This document shows, in pieces, positions 19,771-29,693 of a stretch of 64,000 bases of DNA (position 1 is the first letter of the stretch; the number at the start of each line of letters is the position of its first letter). The stretch is from positions 97,700 to 161,699 of the forward strand of contig JAYSUD010000001.1 of the NCBI GenBank assembly GCA_043719295.1, written 5' to 3'. A model generated the notes under the pieces. That model ran no database searches. It was not told where the DNA came from and was given only the letters and a program-made list of their open reading frames with translations. This DNA is from a bacterium. GTDB lineage: Bacteria; Patescibacteriota; Minisyncoccia; Phycocordibacterales; UBA918. The position numbers and the translations under genes were made by a program.

Positions 19771-20331
19771 ATGGTAAAAAAAGCTACTACACAAAAGAGT
19801 GTTTTAAAAGAATTAAACGGGCAATTGAAGACGTTGCAAACTGCTCTTGTTACTGCAAATAAACTCGAAGGGAAAGATGACTACTTGCAGGTTTCTGTTA
19901 AAAAGAACCAAGCTCGTTTTGAACGGATTAAGAAGAAAGGTGTTGAGGACAAAGCAGTGGGGAAGTTTTTTATACAAATTGATGTCACCTCAAAGGCAGA
20001 GACTATTTTCATCCCAACATCAATTGCGTCAGGTAAAAAACCAACGGGTTTTATCTACCAAATTGAAGGAACCGCAAAGGGAGCTATTTCCAACGCAAGC
20101 GTAAGTTGTAGGGGCGAAGATGTGACACAGGTTACCGTTGGCACGTTAATTTATTCTAAAATACCGAAAGGGAAGACTGCGTCTTTTAAAATTCAAGTAG
20201 AAATAAGTGGAAATTTTGCTAAAACATACAAAATTATCATCAACAGAATCAACTATAAACTTGCAGTAAACGACGCCCGCTACAAGCAATACCTCAAAGA
20301 GATTGCTTCTGACAGTGTTACGTTTTCTTAG
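19771..20331 (+). CDS. hypothetical protein
   Basis: Long ORF; start moved to ATG 19771. Confidence 0.65.
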   Translation: MVKKATTQKSVLKELNGQLKTLQTALVTANKLEGKDDYLQVSVKKNQARFERIKKKGVEDKAVGKFFIQIDVTSKAETIFIPTSIASGKKPTGFIYQIEGTAKGAISNASVSCRGEDVTQVTVGTLIYSKIPKGKTASFKIQVEISGNFAKTYKIIINRINYKLAVNDARYKQYLKEIASDSVTFS

Positions 20332-20356
20332 TCTATAGAAGCATATCTAAGTTTAT

Positions 20357-20385
20357 TGTAATGAAATATTGTTTCAGTCGGCTTA
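20357..20385 (+). promoter_or_regulatory. putative ECF sigma promoter, site A
   Basis: TGTAAT-N16-CGGCTTA upstream of 20497. Confidence 0.7.
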
Positions 20386-20496
20386 ATAGTGTCGAGACAG
20401 GAGTAACGCAAATATAGAAGTCATATAGACTTTTGGAGCGCTATTAACTCAACAAATCTCAAGCTATTCAGAAATTAACTAACTAATACAAATATC

Positions 20497-20760
20497 ATGA
20501 CAAACACAATCAACTCATCAAAAGTTATCCTTGTAGCATTTATTTTCGGAGCTTTGATGCTTGTGTCAGTACCAAGCTTCGCTTCTGCTGCTTCATACGC
20601 ATATGTTGCATCAACAGGTGAAGTTAAGTCAGTAACTGCAGATGACTGGATGACAGCAATTGCAACTGCAATTGGTATTCACATCAACAGTGGAGTATTC
20701 TTGCTTAAATCAGCAGCAGACTTTGCAGTTGTTGGAGAAGACATCAACGTTTCAAAGTAA
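20497..20760 (+). CDS. small secreted protein
   Basis: Signal peptide ending ASA; terminator follows. Confidence 0.75.
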   Translation: MTNTINSSKVILVAFIFGALMLVSVPSFASAASYAYVASTGEVKSVTADDWMTAIATAIGIHINSGVFLLKSAADFAVVGEDINVSK

Positions 20761-20774
20761 TCACTGCACTACAT

Positions 20775-20807
20775 ACAAAAGAAGGTGCAGTCTGCACCTT
20801 CTTTTGT
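20775..20807 (+). terminator. intrinsic terminator-like hairpin
   Basis: acaaaagaaggtgcag-t-ctgcaccttcttttgt. Confidence 0.75.
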
Positions 20808-20855
20808 TGTCATAAAACATGATTAAACTAAAGAACTAATGTACTATCAAAATAT

Positions 20856-21941
20856 ATGAAAAAAAATTCTCTATCACCATTTTATCTGACGCTTGCGATG
20901 TTTGTATCTCTTTCACTATATCCATCTGTTTCATTTGGAGCTACACAAAAACCCACTTGCCAACTCACCGTTCTAACATCTCGAGGTGAAACGACAATTG
21001 ACGGAACAGAAAAAGTGCTCCTAAAAAAGAACGAAGAAATTAAAATATCTTGGGAAAGTTCAAACGCTAAAAAAGCATTTACCGACAATATACAAAAAAT
21101 CGATCTTGACGGATCTGCCACCTCTTCACCATCAAAAGATCAGACATTCACTTACTTATTTGAAAATGGTACTAAAAAAGTAACATGTGAAGTTGATGTT
21201 GTTGTTGTGCAAGGCACGATTTCAAGTCCACTTACTTTTACTGAGTCAGCAAAACCGAAAATTACGGGTACTGCTAAGGGCCTTAAAACAGTACAAGTGA
21301 ACGTTATCAAGAAAGACGGGACAAAGCCGGTTTTTGTCAAAAAGAATGTGAAGGTTACTAATGGTAAATGGAGTGTGACTCTTTCAAATAAGCTTAAGAA
21401 AGGTGAGTACACTGTTACTTTGTTAGGGTCACAAATTTTACTCTTAAATACAATCAGTACAAGTACACTCCGTATTGGAACACAAGTACAAAAGAAAGGC
21501 ACTACCTTTGTAGCTGAACTTGTGCCGCTTTTGGTTGGAGGGCAAGCTGAACGTAACGCTACAATGCCGGTTATGTACCTGCAAGTAATAAACATTGGTA
21601 AAACGGAAGGGACAATTAAAAGTTTTGAAGTAAAACAAAATGGGTCAGCACAAGCTGACACGGTAGTTGGTCTTACTATTAACAATGAGTTAATGACAAC
21701 AGGTTCAATCAAAGCAGAGAAAGGGAAGTCTGTGTTTAAAAACAATATTGCATCAATTCCTGTTTCTGTAACAATCAAGCCTCAGCAAATGCAACTGTTT
21801 ACACTCAAAGCTATAGTGGGCACAACGCCACTTACTCAAATTGGAAAGCAATTAAAGCTTGATATGGTTTCAATTACAACTGATGGCACTATGCAAAGCA
21901 CATTCCCTGTACGGGGCACTACGTGGACATTGGTAAATTAA
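20856..21941 (+). CDS. secreted Ig-like/beta-rich protein
   Basis: Signal peptide; ISWESSNA and PKITGTA...GKWSV...GEYTV Ig-like motifs. Confidence 0.7.
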   Translation: MKKNSLSPFYLTLAMFVSLSLYPSVSFGATQKPTCQLTVLTSRGETTIDGTEKVLLKKNEEIKISWESSNAKKAFTDNIQKIDLDGSATSSPSKDQTFTYLFENGTKKVTCEVDVVVVQGTISSPLTFTESAKPKITGTAKGLKTVQVNVIKKDGTKPVFVKKNVKVTNGKWSVTLSNKLKKGEYTVTLLGSQILLLNTISTSTLRIGTQVQKKGTTFVAELVPLLVGGQAERNATMPVMYLQVINIGKTEGTIKSFEVKQNGSAQADTVVGLTINNELMTTGSIKAEKGKSVFKNNIASIPVSVTIKPQQMQLFTLKAIVGTTPLTQIGKQLKLDMVSITTDGTMQSTFPVRGTTWTLVN

Positions 21942-22007
21942 AGCTACATACACATACAACAAAAGAAAACCACCATTTGATGGTTTTCTTTTGATATAAA
22001 AATTACA

Positions 22008-22421
22008 CTACCGTGCAGCAAGTTTTTGTCGTACTTGCTCAACCACATTACTGATACTTAAGTTAGACTTGAGCACGTAAAACGTATAGATGTCTTTTGA
22101 AATGGTTGCGAGCATTTTTTCGTCATCGCTTCCTACGTTGGTAAGCAAAATAACAGGTACTGTTTCTGCCCAAAAATCGACAGTCCGTAATTCTTGAAGC
22201 ATTTGTAGGCCATCTTTTTTGGGCATTACTTTATCAAGGAGAATGATGTGTGGACGTACTTCTAAGGCCTGTTTTAGACCTTCAGTACCATCTTTAGCTT
22301 CAAACACAGTAAATCCTTCACGATTGAATTTATCGCATAGCGCGTGGCGAATTGAGGTTTCATCCTCAACAATTAGTATGGTTTTTACTATTGGTACCCC
22401 TACAGTCATACTGTTATACAC
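22008..22421 (-). CDS. single-domain response regulator
   Basis: ILIVEDE, ILLDKVMPKKDG, PVILLTN. Confidence 0.9.
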   Translation of the reverse strand: MYNSMTVGVPIVKTILIVEDETSIRHALCDKFNREGFTVFEAKDGTEGLKQALEVRPHIILLDKVMPKKDGLQMLQELRTVDFWAETVPVILLTNVGSDDEKMLATISKDIYTFYVLKSNLSISNVVEQVRQKLAAR

Positions 22422-22881
22422 TAAGTACTACTTTGAGATCATCAATTATGTCTGCCAACTTGTGTTCTGCTTTAAGATAGTATTTTGTTACGCCGAGTTC
22501 AGTATAGGTTTTAATAAGTTCTGTATCAGCAGAATTTGATACAACTAGAATTGGTAACGATGACCATCTACCACCGTTTGCTTTAAACTTTACAACGAAA
22601 TCTATACCGTCTTCTCTTCCAATAAGGTTATGATCAAGCCATATTGCATCAACATTCTCTAATGTTTCTAAATAGGCAAGTTCTGCTTCAATGTCATTTT
22701 TTGTAAGTGCTTGATTTTTGCTTAAAATTTGAGAAAATTCTGTTGAAAAAGCTCGCGCTACGCTTGTAGATACTACAACCGTAAAAAACGAAAGTTCAAG
22801 TTTTGTCTTGATTACTTCTAACAATGCTGCATCATCTTCAATAACTAGTATCGTTTTATTCTTTTTAATATTTTGATTCAT
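22414..22881 (-). CDS. single-domain response regulator (atypical, internal insertion)
   Basis: ILVIEDD, IWLDHNL, PILVVSN, YYLKA. Confidence 0.85.
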   Translation of the reverse strand: MNQNIKKNKTILVIEDDAALLEVIKTKLELSFFTVVVSTSVARAFSTEFSQILSKNQALTKNDIEAELAYLETLENVDAIWLDHNLIGREDGIDFVVKFKANGGRWSSLPILVVSNSADTELIKTYTELGVTKYYLKAEHKLADIIDDLKVVLSV

Positions 22882-22911
22882 AGAGTAATTTTTGCTAATA
22901 GAGGATCACAT

Positions 22912-24222
22912 TTAGGACATTACTATGGGTAGCTCAACATAGAACGTGGTTCCAATATTTTCTTTAGAGGTAAACCAGACCGTGCCCCCTGAGTTATCGA
23001 CAATTGCTTTGACGAGATAGAGTCCAAGTCCTGTGCCTTCTGTATCTTTTTCTCGTACATTGTCTGCTCTAAAGAGCTTATTGAATATTTGTGGTTGTTG
23101 ATCTTCTGGTATGCCGTACCCAGTGTCAGTAAGTGTGAGAAGTAACTTTGACATGTCACTTGATACTCCAAGTTTTAGGTCGATACTGCCGTTACTGTCG
23201 GTGTATTTGATGGCGTTAGACAACAGGTTTTCAACAACCATACGCATAAGGTTTGGATCGGCTTGTATAAAAGGTATTTTGGTATCAGGTGTGTATGAAA
23301 ATAATATATCTTTTTTATCGATTTCAGGTCGTTGTTCATTAGCTACATTTTGAACTAAAAGAGCAATGTCTGTTTTTTCTGTCTCCACAGTAAAGGTTCC
23401 CAAGCTCATACGCGATACGTTCAAAAGCGCATTAACGAGAGTTATCATGCGCTGGTTGCCTTTGTACACTTCTTTTAGGTATTTTTCTTGGGCTTGGTTT
23501 ATTTCTCCGACATCCCCTGATAGAAGCATTTCGGTATACCAATTGATTGCAGACAAGGGAGTCCGTAGTTGATGCGAAGCAAGAGAGACAAATTCTGTTT
23601 TAGCTTTATCAATATCTTTCTCTTTTGAAATATCGTGGAATGTCTTAACAAGGCCAACAACGTTACCGTTTAAACGAATAGGGGTAAAGATTGCTCTTGT
23701 AGGGAAAGTAGATTTATTTTTCCTTATGGTATACAAAGTGTTATCAACTCCAGAAGAAAAGCTTTTACCATCAAGTACATAGTTGAGAACCTCATCAGTG
23801 CTAGAAGTTTTACCTTTAGTTTCAGTATCTATAGGAAGAACCTCGGAAATTTTCTTTTGCAGTACTTCACTGGATACCCAGCCAGTGAGGCTTTCAAATG
23901 CATCATTCACATAGGTGATTTTACCTTTAACATCAGTTACCACCAAACCATCACCAATACTACTTAAAATAGCATGATTAAGCGCATTTTGCTGTTGGGT
24001 TTCTTTAAGTGTAGCAGCAATTTGTTCTTCACTTTCTTTCAATTTTGCAACAGTAGCTTCAAGTTCTTGGTTACTGAGCTCTAAATCTTTAAGTACATTT
24101 AAGACTGCCTTTCGAGATTGTGCTACATCTTTTGCATCATATTTAAAATCCTCACGAATATTTAAAATCGCAGTTTGGATATCTTCATTTGAAATATTTT
24201 TCTGTGGATCAACTTTTTTCAT
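22912..24222 (-). CDS. cytoplasmic PAS-domain histidine kinase
   Basis: Coiled coil; PAS (SIGDGLVVTD...YVNDAFE); SHQLRTPL; NLLSNAIKY; GTGLGL. Confidence 0.92.
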   Translation of the reverse strand: MKKVDPQKNISNEDIQTAILNIREDFKYDAKDVAQSRKAVLNVLKDLELSNQELEATVAKLKESEEQIAATLKETQQQNALNHAILSSIGDGLVVTDVKGKITYVNDAFESLTGWVSSEVLQKKISEVLPIDTETKGKTSSTDEVLNYVLDGKSFSSGVDNTLYTIRKNKSTFPTRAIFTPIRLNGNVVGLVKTFHDISKEKDIDKAKTEFVSLASHQLRTPLSAINWYTEMLLSGDVGEINQAQEKYLKEVYKGNQRMITLVNALLNVSRMSLGTFTVETEKTDIALLVQNVANEQRPEIDKKDILFSYTPDTKIPFIQADPNLMRMVVENLLSNAIKYTDSNGSIDLKLGVSSDMSKLLLTLTDTGYGIPEDQQPQIFNKLFRADNVREKDTEGTGLGLYLVKAIVDNSGGTVWFTSKENIGTTFYVELPIVMS

Positions 24223-24259
24223 AACAACTGAAGATTTTAGAGTTATAGAGATATGCTAC

Positions 24260-24853
24260 TTAAGAAGTAGGATTCTTTAGTAATTCTATTTCTTTCTTTA
24301 ATTCTATCATCTTTAGCTCTCTTCCAACCATAATCTTATTAAGTGCTTCAAGATCTTTGATTCGATCTGCAATTTCAAGAGTACGCTCTTCTACTTTTAG
24401 TTCAAGTCCATTAGTATACTCAGCAAGCTTTTGTTCTAGTTGTTTTCGTACTGTTATATCTTCCATGGCGAGAACAATCATGTGTGTACTATCAATATCA
24501 ATTTCACGGGCGTTAAGTAAAATAGTCTTTTGGCCTATTGTTTGAAAGGTATGGGTCACTTCGTAATCTTTGACTACGTTATTTTGAGGCAAAATCTCTT
24601 CAAGAAGGCTTTTTAAAATTGGAATATCCCACTGGCCATTGCCAAGCTCATAGAGGAGTACTTTCTCTGTTTGTAGTGGTTCAACTTGAAAATTTTCGTA
24701 AAAGGTAGGATTTGCCTGTACTACACGAAGATCAGAATCTAGAATAAGAAAAGACTCACGAGCTACTTCAACCAATGTTTTCATGTAGTGCAATGCGAGT
24801 TCTTTTGAGCCCTCTTGAGTAGATTTTACAGTGTTATTAGATAATTTTGTCAT
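24260..24853 (-). CDS. PAS-domain/coiled-coil protein
   Basis: LILDSDLRVVQANPTFY...LGNGQWDIP...EDITVRK; C-terminal GRELKMIELKKEI. Confidence 0.85.
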   Translation of the reverse strand: MTKLSNNTVKSTQEGSKELALHYMKTLVEVARESFLILDSDLRVVQANPTFYENFQVEPLQTEKVLLYELGNGQWDIPILKSLLEEILPQNNVVKDYEVTHTFQTIGQKTILLNAREIDIDSTHMIVLAMEDITVRKQLEQKLAEYTNGLELKVEERTLEIADRIKDLEALNKIMVGRELKMIELKKEIELLKNPTS

Positions 24854-24917
24854 TAGATTGCTTTTTTATAGTATATGTCCCTCTTACTCAATAGAACAAT
24901 TGGACTATTGCTACGAG

Positions 24918-24946
24918 TAAGCCGTATTACTATAAAAGATATTACA
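24918..24946 (-). promoter_or_regulatory. putative ECF sigma promoter, site B
   Basis: Minus-strand TGTAAT-N16-CGGCTTA upstream of the PAS/HK/RR operon. Confidence 0.68.
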
Positions 24947-24990
24947 TAAACGTCCTAACCTGCACATACTTGTTTGAAATCAAGGTTGTT

Positions 24991-25024
24991 ATTTAAAAGC
25001 CACCTGTCAAAGTGGCTTTTAAAT
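24991..25024 (-). terminator. terminator-like hairpin
   Basis: atttaaaagccac / gtggcttttaaat. Confidence 0.65.
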
Positions 25025-25043
25025 GATTTCTCATCCTACATGG

Positions 25044-25283
25044 CTATTGTGCTTCAACTGAGCCTGAGGTTTGGTTAGTATTCTGTGCAGGCTCATTTAT
25101 TTTTGGTACCGTTACATTGATTTCAGTTGTGTTTTCCTTCGGCGCTTCTTGCGACCTTAGTTGTGGTAATCCATAGAACATAAAGAGTGCTGCAAGTAAG
25201 ATAAATACGAGAATGCTGAGAATAACACCAAGTGCACTACCATCACTTCCTTCCCTTTGTGGCGTATTAATTATTGTAGTCAT
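25044..25283 (-). CDS. small single-TM protein
   Basis: One hydrophobic helix; in an operon with glsB-like and yggT-like genes. Confidence 0.75.
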   Translation of the reverse strand: MTTIINTPQREGSDGSALGVILSILVFILLAALFMFYGLPQLRSQEAPKENTTEINVTVPKINEPAQNTNQTSGSVEAQ

Positions 25284-25293
25284 ATTGTTAAAA

Positions 25294-25545
25294 TTATGAA
25301 CGCTGTACCATTCGTACTAGAGCTATAAGTACTACTGCTCCTACGATTGCAACAACGAAACTATAGATATTAAAACCAGTTACTCCAGTACTTCCAACAA
25401 CACTCATTAGCCATCCCCCTAATACTGCACCGACAATTCCTACTACAATATTCATTCCAATTCCTTGTTGTGCGTCAGTATTCATAATCATTGATGCAAT
25501 CCAGCCTGCAATACCTCCAAAGATGATCCAAAGTACTATACCCAT
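25294..25545 (-). CDS. GlsB/YeaQ/YmgE (transglycosylase-associated) stress membrane protein
   Basis: WIIFGGIAGWIAS...NIVVGIVGAVLGG...AIVGAVVL. Confidence 0.9.
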   Translation of the reverse strand: MGIVLWIIFGGIAGWIASMIMNTDAQQGIGMNIVVGIVGAVLGGWLMSVVGSTGVTGFNIYSFVVAIVGAVVLIALVRMVQRS

Positions 25546-25565
25546 ATATTTATATATTATTGTAA

Positions 25566-25922
25566 TTAATTTTCTTGATTTTGTAGTTCACTTGCTGCTT
25601 CAGGTGTTGATACTGTCTTACTCATAAGAAATATTCTTATGATTCCTAATGCGACAATGTAGTACACCAACATTGCAAGCAGTGTAGTCCATTCAAAAAC
25701 ACTCCCACTAACTCTGACGACACTAAACACATTGAGAAACGGTGAAGCTAAGAAGTAACTTATTGTGTAAATAAATGATGAAAATCCTGCTTCGGGGTTT
25801 GCTCCAAGTAGTTTAAGGACAAATCTGAAGAGTAATAGTGTTTCTATTATTCCTAAGATGTACCAAACCACCTGTGTGCCTTTGTATAACGACTTTGTTG
25901 TTGGTGAATTGTATGAGTCCAT
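25566..25922 (-). CDS. YggT-like membrane protein
   Basis: LLLFRFVLKLLGANP...F...PF...LLAMLVY. Confidence 0.75.
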   Translation of the reverse strand: MDSYNSPTTKSLYKGTQVVWYILGIIETLLLFRFVLKLLGANPEAGFSSFIYTISYFLASPFLNVFSVVRVSGSVFEWTTLLAMLVYYIVALGIIRIFLMSKTVSTPEAASELQNQEN

Positions 25923-25952
25923 ATATTTTGTATTACTAAACTGCTTACATAT

Positions 25953-25981
25953 TAAGCCGACTATCTTTTAAAAATATTACA
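25953..25981 (-). promoter_or_regulatory. putative ECF sigma promoter, site C
   Basis: Minus-strand TGTAAT-N16-CGGCTTA, 30 nt before the ATG at 25922. Confidence 0.7.
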
Positions 25982-26112
25982 CTCAAACGTATTGGTATAT
26001 GTGATATACTTATTCAATTGAAAGATACTCAAATTGAAGGCAATGCTCAGTACACCTGAGATTGTGAAGACCATACAGATTGTAGTATACGGTCGATACA
26101 TTGTTAGTAGGT

Positions 26113-26140
26113 TGTAATAAGAATGCTAAGAACACGGCTT
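26113..26140 (+). promoter_or_regulatory. putative ECF sigma autoregulatory promoter, site D
   Basis: TGTAAT-N16-CGGCTT, 9 nt before in-frame ATG 26150. Confidence 0.68.
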
Positions 26141-26149
26141 GGTAATGAA

Positions 26150-26671
26150 ATGAAGTTAGACAAAAAGGCACAGGAAGATGCTTTTGCTAAAGCCCACAGT
26201 GAATTTCACAAAGGGTTACATTCGTATGCTTCTTTTAAAGTCAGTAGTCCAAGCTTAAGTGAAGACTTGGTTCAAGATACGTTTATTAAAACGTGGGGGT
26301 ATCTTGTAAAAGGAGGTGAGATAACACGAATGAAAGCGTTTTTATATCACGTGTTAAACGGTTTAATTATTGATGAGTATCGTAAAAAGAAAGCAACCTC
26401 GCTTGATGTGCTCTTAGAAAAAGGTTTTGAGCCAGCATCTGACACTTCAAAACAACTTGAAAATCTGTTTGATGGTGAAGTTGCTATAGTTTTAATAAAG
26501 AAGTTACCAAAAACATACCAAAGAGTTATACATATGCGGTATGTAGAAGATTTATCACTTGAAGAGATGGCGGAGATTACAGGGAAAACTAAAAACACCA
26601 TGGCAGTTCATGCACACCGTGGTATGGAAAAACTGCGAGAGTTATATAATCAACAACACGGACTGAAGTAA
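26150..26671 (+). CDS. ECF RNA polymerase sigma factor
   Basis: Region 2 SEDLVQDTFIKTW...AFLY...IIDEYRK; region 4 LP...YVEDLSLEEMAEITGKT...HRG. Confidence 0.92.
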   Translation: MKLDKKAQEDAFAKAHSEFHKGLHSYASFKVSSPSLSEDLVQDTFIKTWGYLVKGGEITRMKAFLYHVLNGLIIDEYRKKKATSLDVLLEKGFEPASDTSKQLENLFDGEVAIVLIKKLPKTYQRVIHMRYVEDLSLEEMAEITGKTKNTMAVHAHRGMEKLRELYNQQHGLK

Positions 26672-26673
26672 AC

Positions 26674-28023
26674 TCATTCAGCTCTAATAAGAGAAAGAAG
26701 TAAGTCTCTTTTTTCCTCCATTAAACTTTCTGTGTTTGCTTCAAGGTTGAGTCGCATTACGGGGTCGTTTGCAGATGGCCGAATGTTACACCACCATGTT
26801 TCATATGAAAGTGTGAGGCCGTCAGTTTTGTCAACAATGGCATCAGGGAACGTTTCGATAATTGTGTTGAATATATCTTCTTTTTCTTTTGTGACAGTGC
26901 TATTTACCTCACCAGACTGATAATATTTTTTAACGTCCGCAACAAGTTGAGATAATGGCTTCTTTTCAGCAATTAAAAGTTCCATTATTAAAAATGCAGG
27001 TAGTGCACCACCTTCAGAGAAGAATGTGTCTTTGAAGAAGAAGTGACCTGAGAGCTCTACACCTAACACAGCATCATGCTTTCGCATACTTGTTTTTATA
27101 TAGGTGTGGCCAACTTTTTCTCGAATCGCTGTACCGCCGAGTTTTTCGATTTCTTCAATAAGTGCACGAGATGAACGAATATCACAAATGACAGTGCTGT
27201 TTGGATATTTTTGTAATACTTGTTTAACCAAAAGTGCACCGATCATGTCTGATGCAATAGGAGCTCCGTTTTCATCAACAAATCCTACTCTGTCAGCATC
27301 TCCATCAAAGGCTATGCCTAAGCTTGCACTTTTTTTGACTACTTCAGCTCCCAAACTTGTAAGTGTGTCATGTTTCATTGGGTTCGCCTCATGATTGGGA
27401 GCCGTGTGGTCGTACGTATCGAAAATGGTATGGACTGTAATATCGGGTTCAAAAGCTTTGAATGTATCAATTTCGAGAATCCCAATCATGTTTGCGGGAT
27501 CAATAACAATTGAAAGATTAGAGCCTGAAAGATCATGATTTTTCTTAAACTTTGCTATCCAATCAGGCAAGAGTGCATGTGTGGTGATATTTCCGTGTGT
27601 AGTTTCCTCCGAAAACGTGTGCGTACCGACAATTTCTTTTATCTTTTGTAATAAGTCTCCAGTAACTGGTTTTGCGTCTTCAATAGAGATTTTTAACCCG
27701 TTGTACTCTGATGGCATGTGTGATGCAGTAATCATTACCGTTGCGTCAACGTCAGTAGTACCACAGATGAAATACGTCATCGGGGTAGTACAAAGCCCAA
27801 GATCAACAACTTCTGCACCCATTTCTGTCACCCCTCGTGACAAAGCTTCAAAAAGCACATCAGCTGAGGGTCGAATATCGCGTCCAATAGCTACCTTCTT
27901 AAGGTTGAAGTGCAATACGGTAGCTTTACCTATTTTGTATACCTCTTCGGCGGTGATTTCTTCTCCAAATTTCCCTCGAATGTCAAAATCGCGGTATATT
28001 GTCTTTAAATGTTCGTATATCAT
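26674..28023 (-). CDS. phosphomannomutase/phosphoglucomutase
   Basis: TASHMP active serine; FDGDADR; ELSGH. Confidence 0.93.
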   Translation of the reverse strand: MIYEHLKTIYRDFDIRGKFGEEITAEEVYKIGKATVLHFNLKKVAIGRDIRPSADVLFEALSRGVTEMGAEVVDLGLCTTPMTYFICGTTDVDATVMITASHMPSEYNGLKISIEDAKPVTGDLLQKIKEIVGTHTFSEETTHGNITTHALLPDWIAKFKKNHDLSGSNLSIVIDPANMIGILEIDTFKAFEPDITVHTIFDTYDHTAPNHEANPMKHDTLTSLGAEVVKKSASLGIAFDGDADRVGFVDENGAPIASDMIGALLVKQVLQKYPNSTVICDIRSSRALIEEIEKLGGTAIREKVGHTYIKTSMRKHDAVLGVELSGHFFFKDTFFSEGGALPAFLIMELLIAEKKPLSQLVADVKKYYQSGEVNSTVTKEKEDIFNTIIETFPDAIVDKTDGLTLSYETWWCNIRPSANDPVMRLNLEANTESLMEEKRDLLLSLIRAE

Positions 28024-28268
28024 CTCTCTATAGTACTACATGAGCTTCGGGTGCAACAAATCCACAGAAGATTGCGATTATATAGGGTTTTGTGGTATCA
28101 TACCGGCGCAAATAGATGTCGGTTTAGTCTATGTTTGCGAGGATACAGTAATGAGACAATTTTAGACAATAGAGACTTTACAGTGCATATGCATTATAAA
28201 TCTTCATTTGTCTCGAATTGCTCCTTGTATTTGTAGACGAAAAGCTACATTGAGCATTTGCATACATT

Positions 28269-29156
28269 ATGCTTACTTTTGTTCAAACAGCACACGCTGC
28301 AAGCGAAAATGGAATTTCAATTCACCTCGCCCCTGAGGTCATTGGAACACTTTTTGGTATCCCGATAACAAGCACACTCATGACGGTATGGCTTACCATG
28401 GCGATTTTGATATGTGTCGCACTCTTAATTCATTTCAGATTAAGCCCTGTCCCAAATAAACTACAGAGTATTTTTGAAACTATAATTGGTGGAGTGTTTA
28501 ACTACATGGCTGATGTTCTTGAAAGTAAAGCACTTGCAAAACGTTTCTTCCCATTGGTGATGACTATTTTCATTTTTGTACTCAGTATGAACTGGGTAGG
28601 ACTCTTGCCAGGGATCGATTCTATTGGGTTCTATGGAGAATCAGAATCGCATGAGAAAGTAGAAGGTGCATCCGAATTACACAGTGAAACTTCGTCTAAG
28701 TCAGACGTCAAAGAAACTACAATGATTGGACAAGAGGAGTCTGCAGTGGTTGTGAGCAAATTTATACCTTTTTTCCATCCACCTGCAACTGACTTAAACA
28801 TCACAATTGGGTTTGCAATTGTTGCGTTTGTTTCAATTGAACTTGCGGGAGTGTTTATGCTTGGGTTGTTCAAGTACGGGGGTAAGTTTATAAACTTTAA
28901 GTCTCCATTAGCCTTTGTTATTGGGCTTATTGAGCTTTTAAGTGAACTTGCAAGACTCATTTCGTTTTCATTCCGTCTTTTTGGAAACATTTTTGCGGGG
29001 AAAACACTTATCTTAGTGATTATGTTCTTGACGACTCCATACATTGTTCCCGTACCACTTATAGCGTATGAGTTCTTTGTTGGGTTCATCCAGGCCTTCA
29101 TTTTTGCTATTTTGACGTTATACTTCATTAAGTTAGCCATCGAAGAGCCACACTAG
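28269..29156 (+). CDS. atpB: F0F1 ATP synthase subunit a
   Basis: SFRLFGNIFAG, IQAFIF; first gene of the operon. Confidence 0.95.
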   Translation: MLTFVQTAHAASENGISIHLAPEVIGTLFGIPITSTLMTVWLTMAILICVALLIHFRLSPVPNKLQSIFETIIGGVFNYMADVLESKALAKRFFPLVMTIFIFVLSMNWVGLLPGIDSIGFYGESESHEKVEGASELHSETSSKSDVKETTMIGQEESAVVVSKFIPFFHPPATDLNITIGFAIVAFVSIELAGVFMLGLFKYGGKFINFKSPLAFVIGLIELLSELARLISFSFRLFGNIFAGKTLILVIMFLTTPYIVPVPLIAYEFFVGFIQAFIFAILTLYFIKLAIEEPH

Positions 29157-29186
29157 TCAGTAGATAATCACGAGTTTCGTAAATAA

Positions 29187-29513
<327 letters not shown>

Positions 29514-29516
<3 letters not shown>

Positions 29517-29640
29517 GGAATCCCAATATCGCCCAATCTACTTCGTTGTACTGCAGCAAATTTTTACTCACCATACAGAGGTATGGCTCGTCAAAATTTC
29601 TTTGTACGCCTCGTATCTCGGGCAATCTTGAAATTTCTTA
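29514..29640. repeat. dispersed structured repeat, copy 2 (most divergent; inside the atp operon)
   Basis: taaggaatcccaatatcgccc / gggcaatcttgaaatttctta arms; core cttcgttgtactgc...ttgtacgcctcg; apical ccatac-agag-gtatgg. Confidence 0.85.
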
Positions 29641-29693
29641 TATGCTTCGCATATAAAATTAAAGAACTAATAGCTGTAAGCTAAAAACTAACA

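Noticed and set aside
28208-28221. tctcgaattgc matching the 3' motif of the 124-nt repeat
   Set aside because: The rest of the repeat core is absent; treated as chance.
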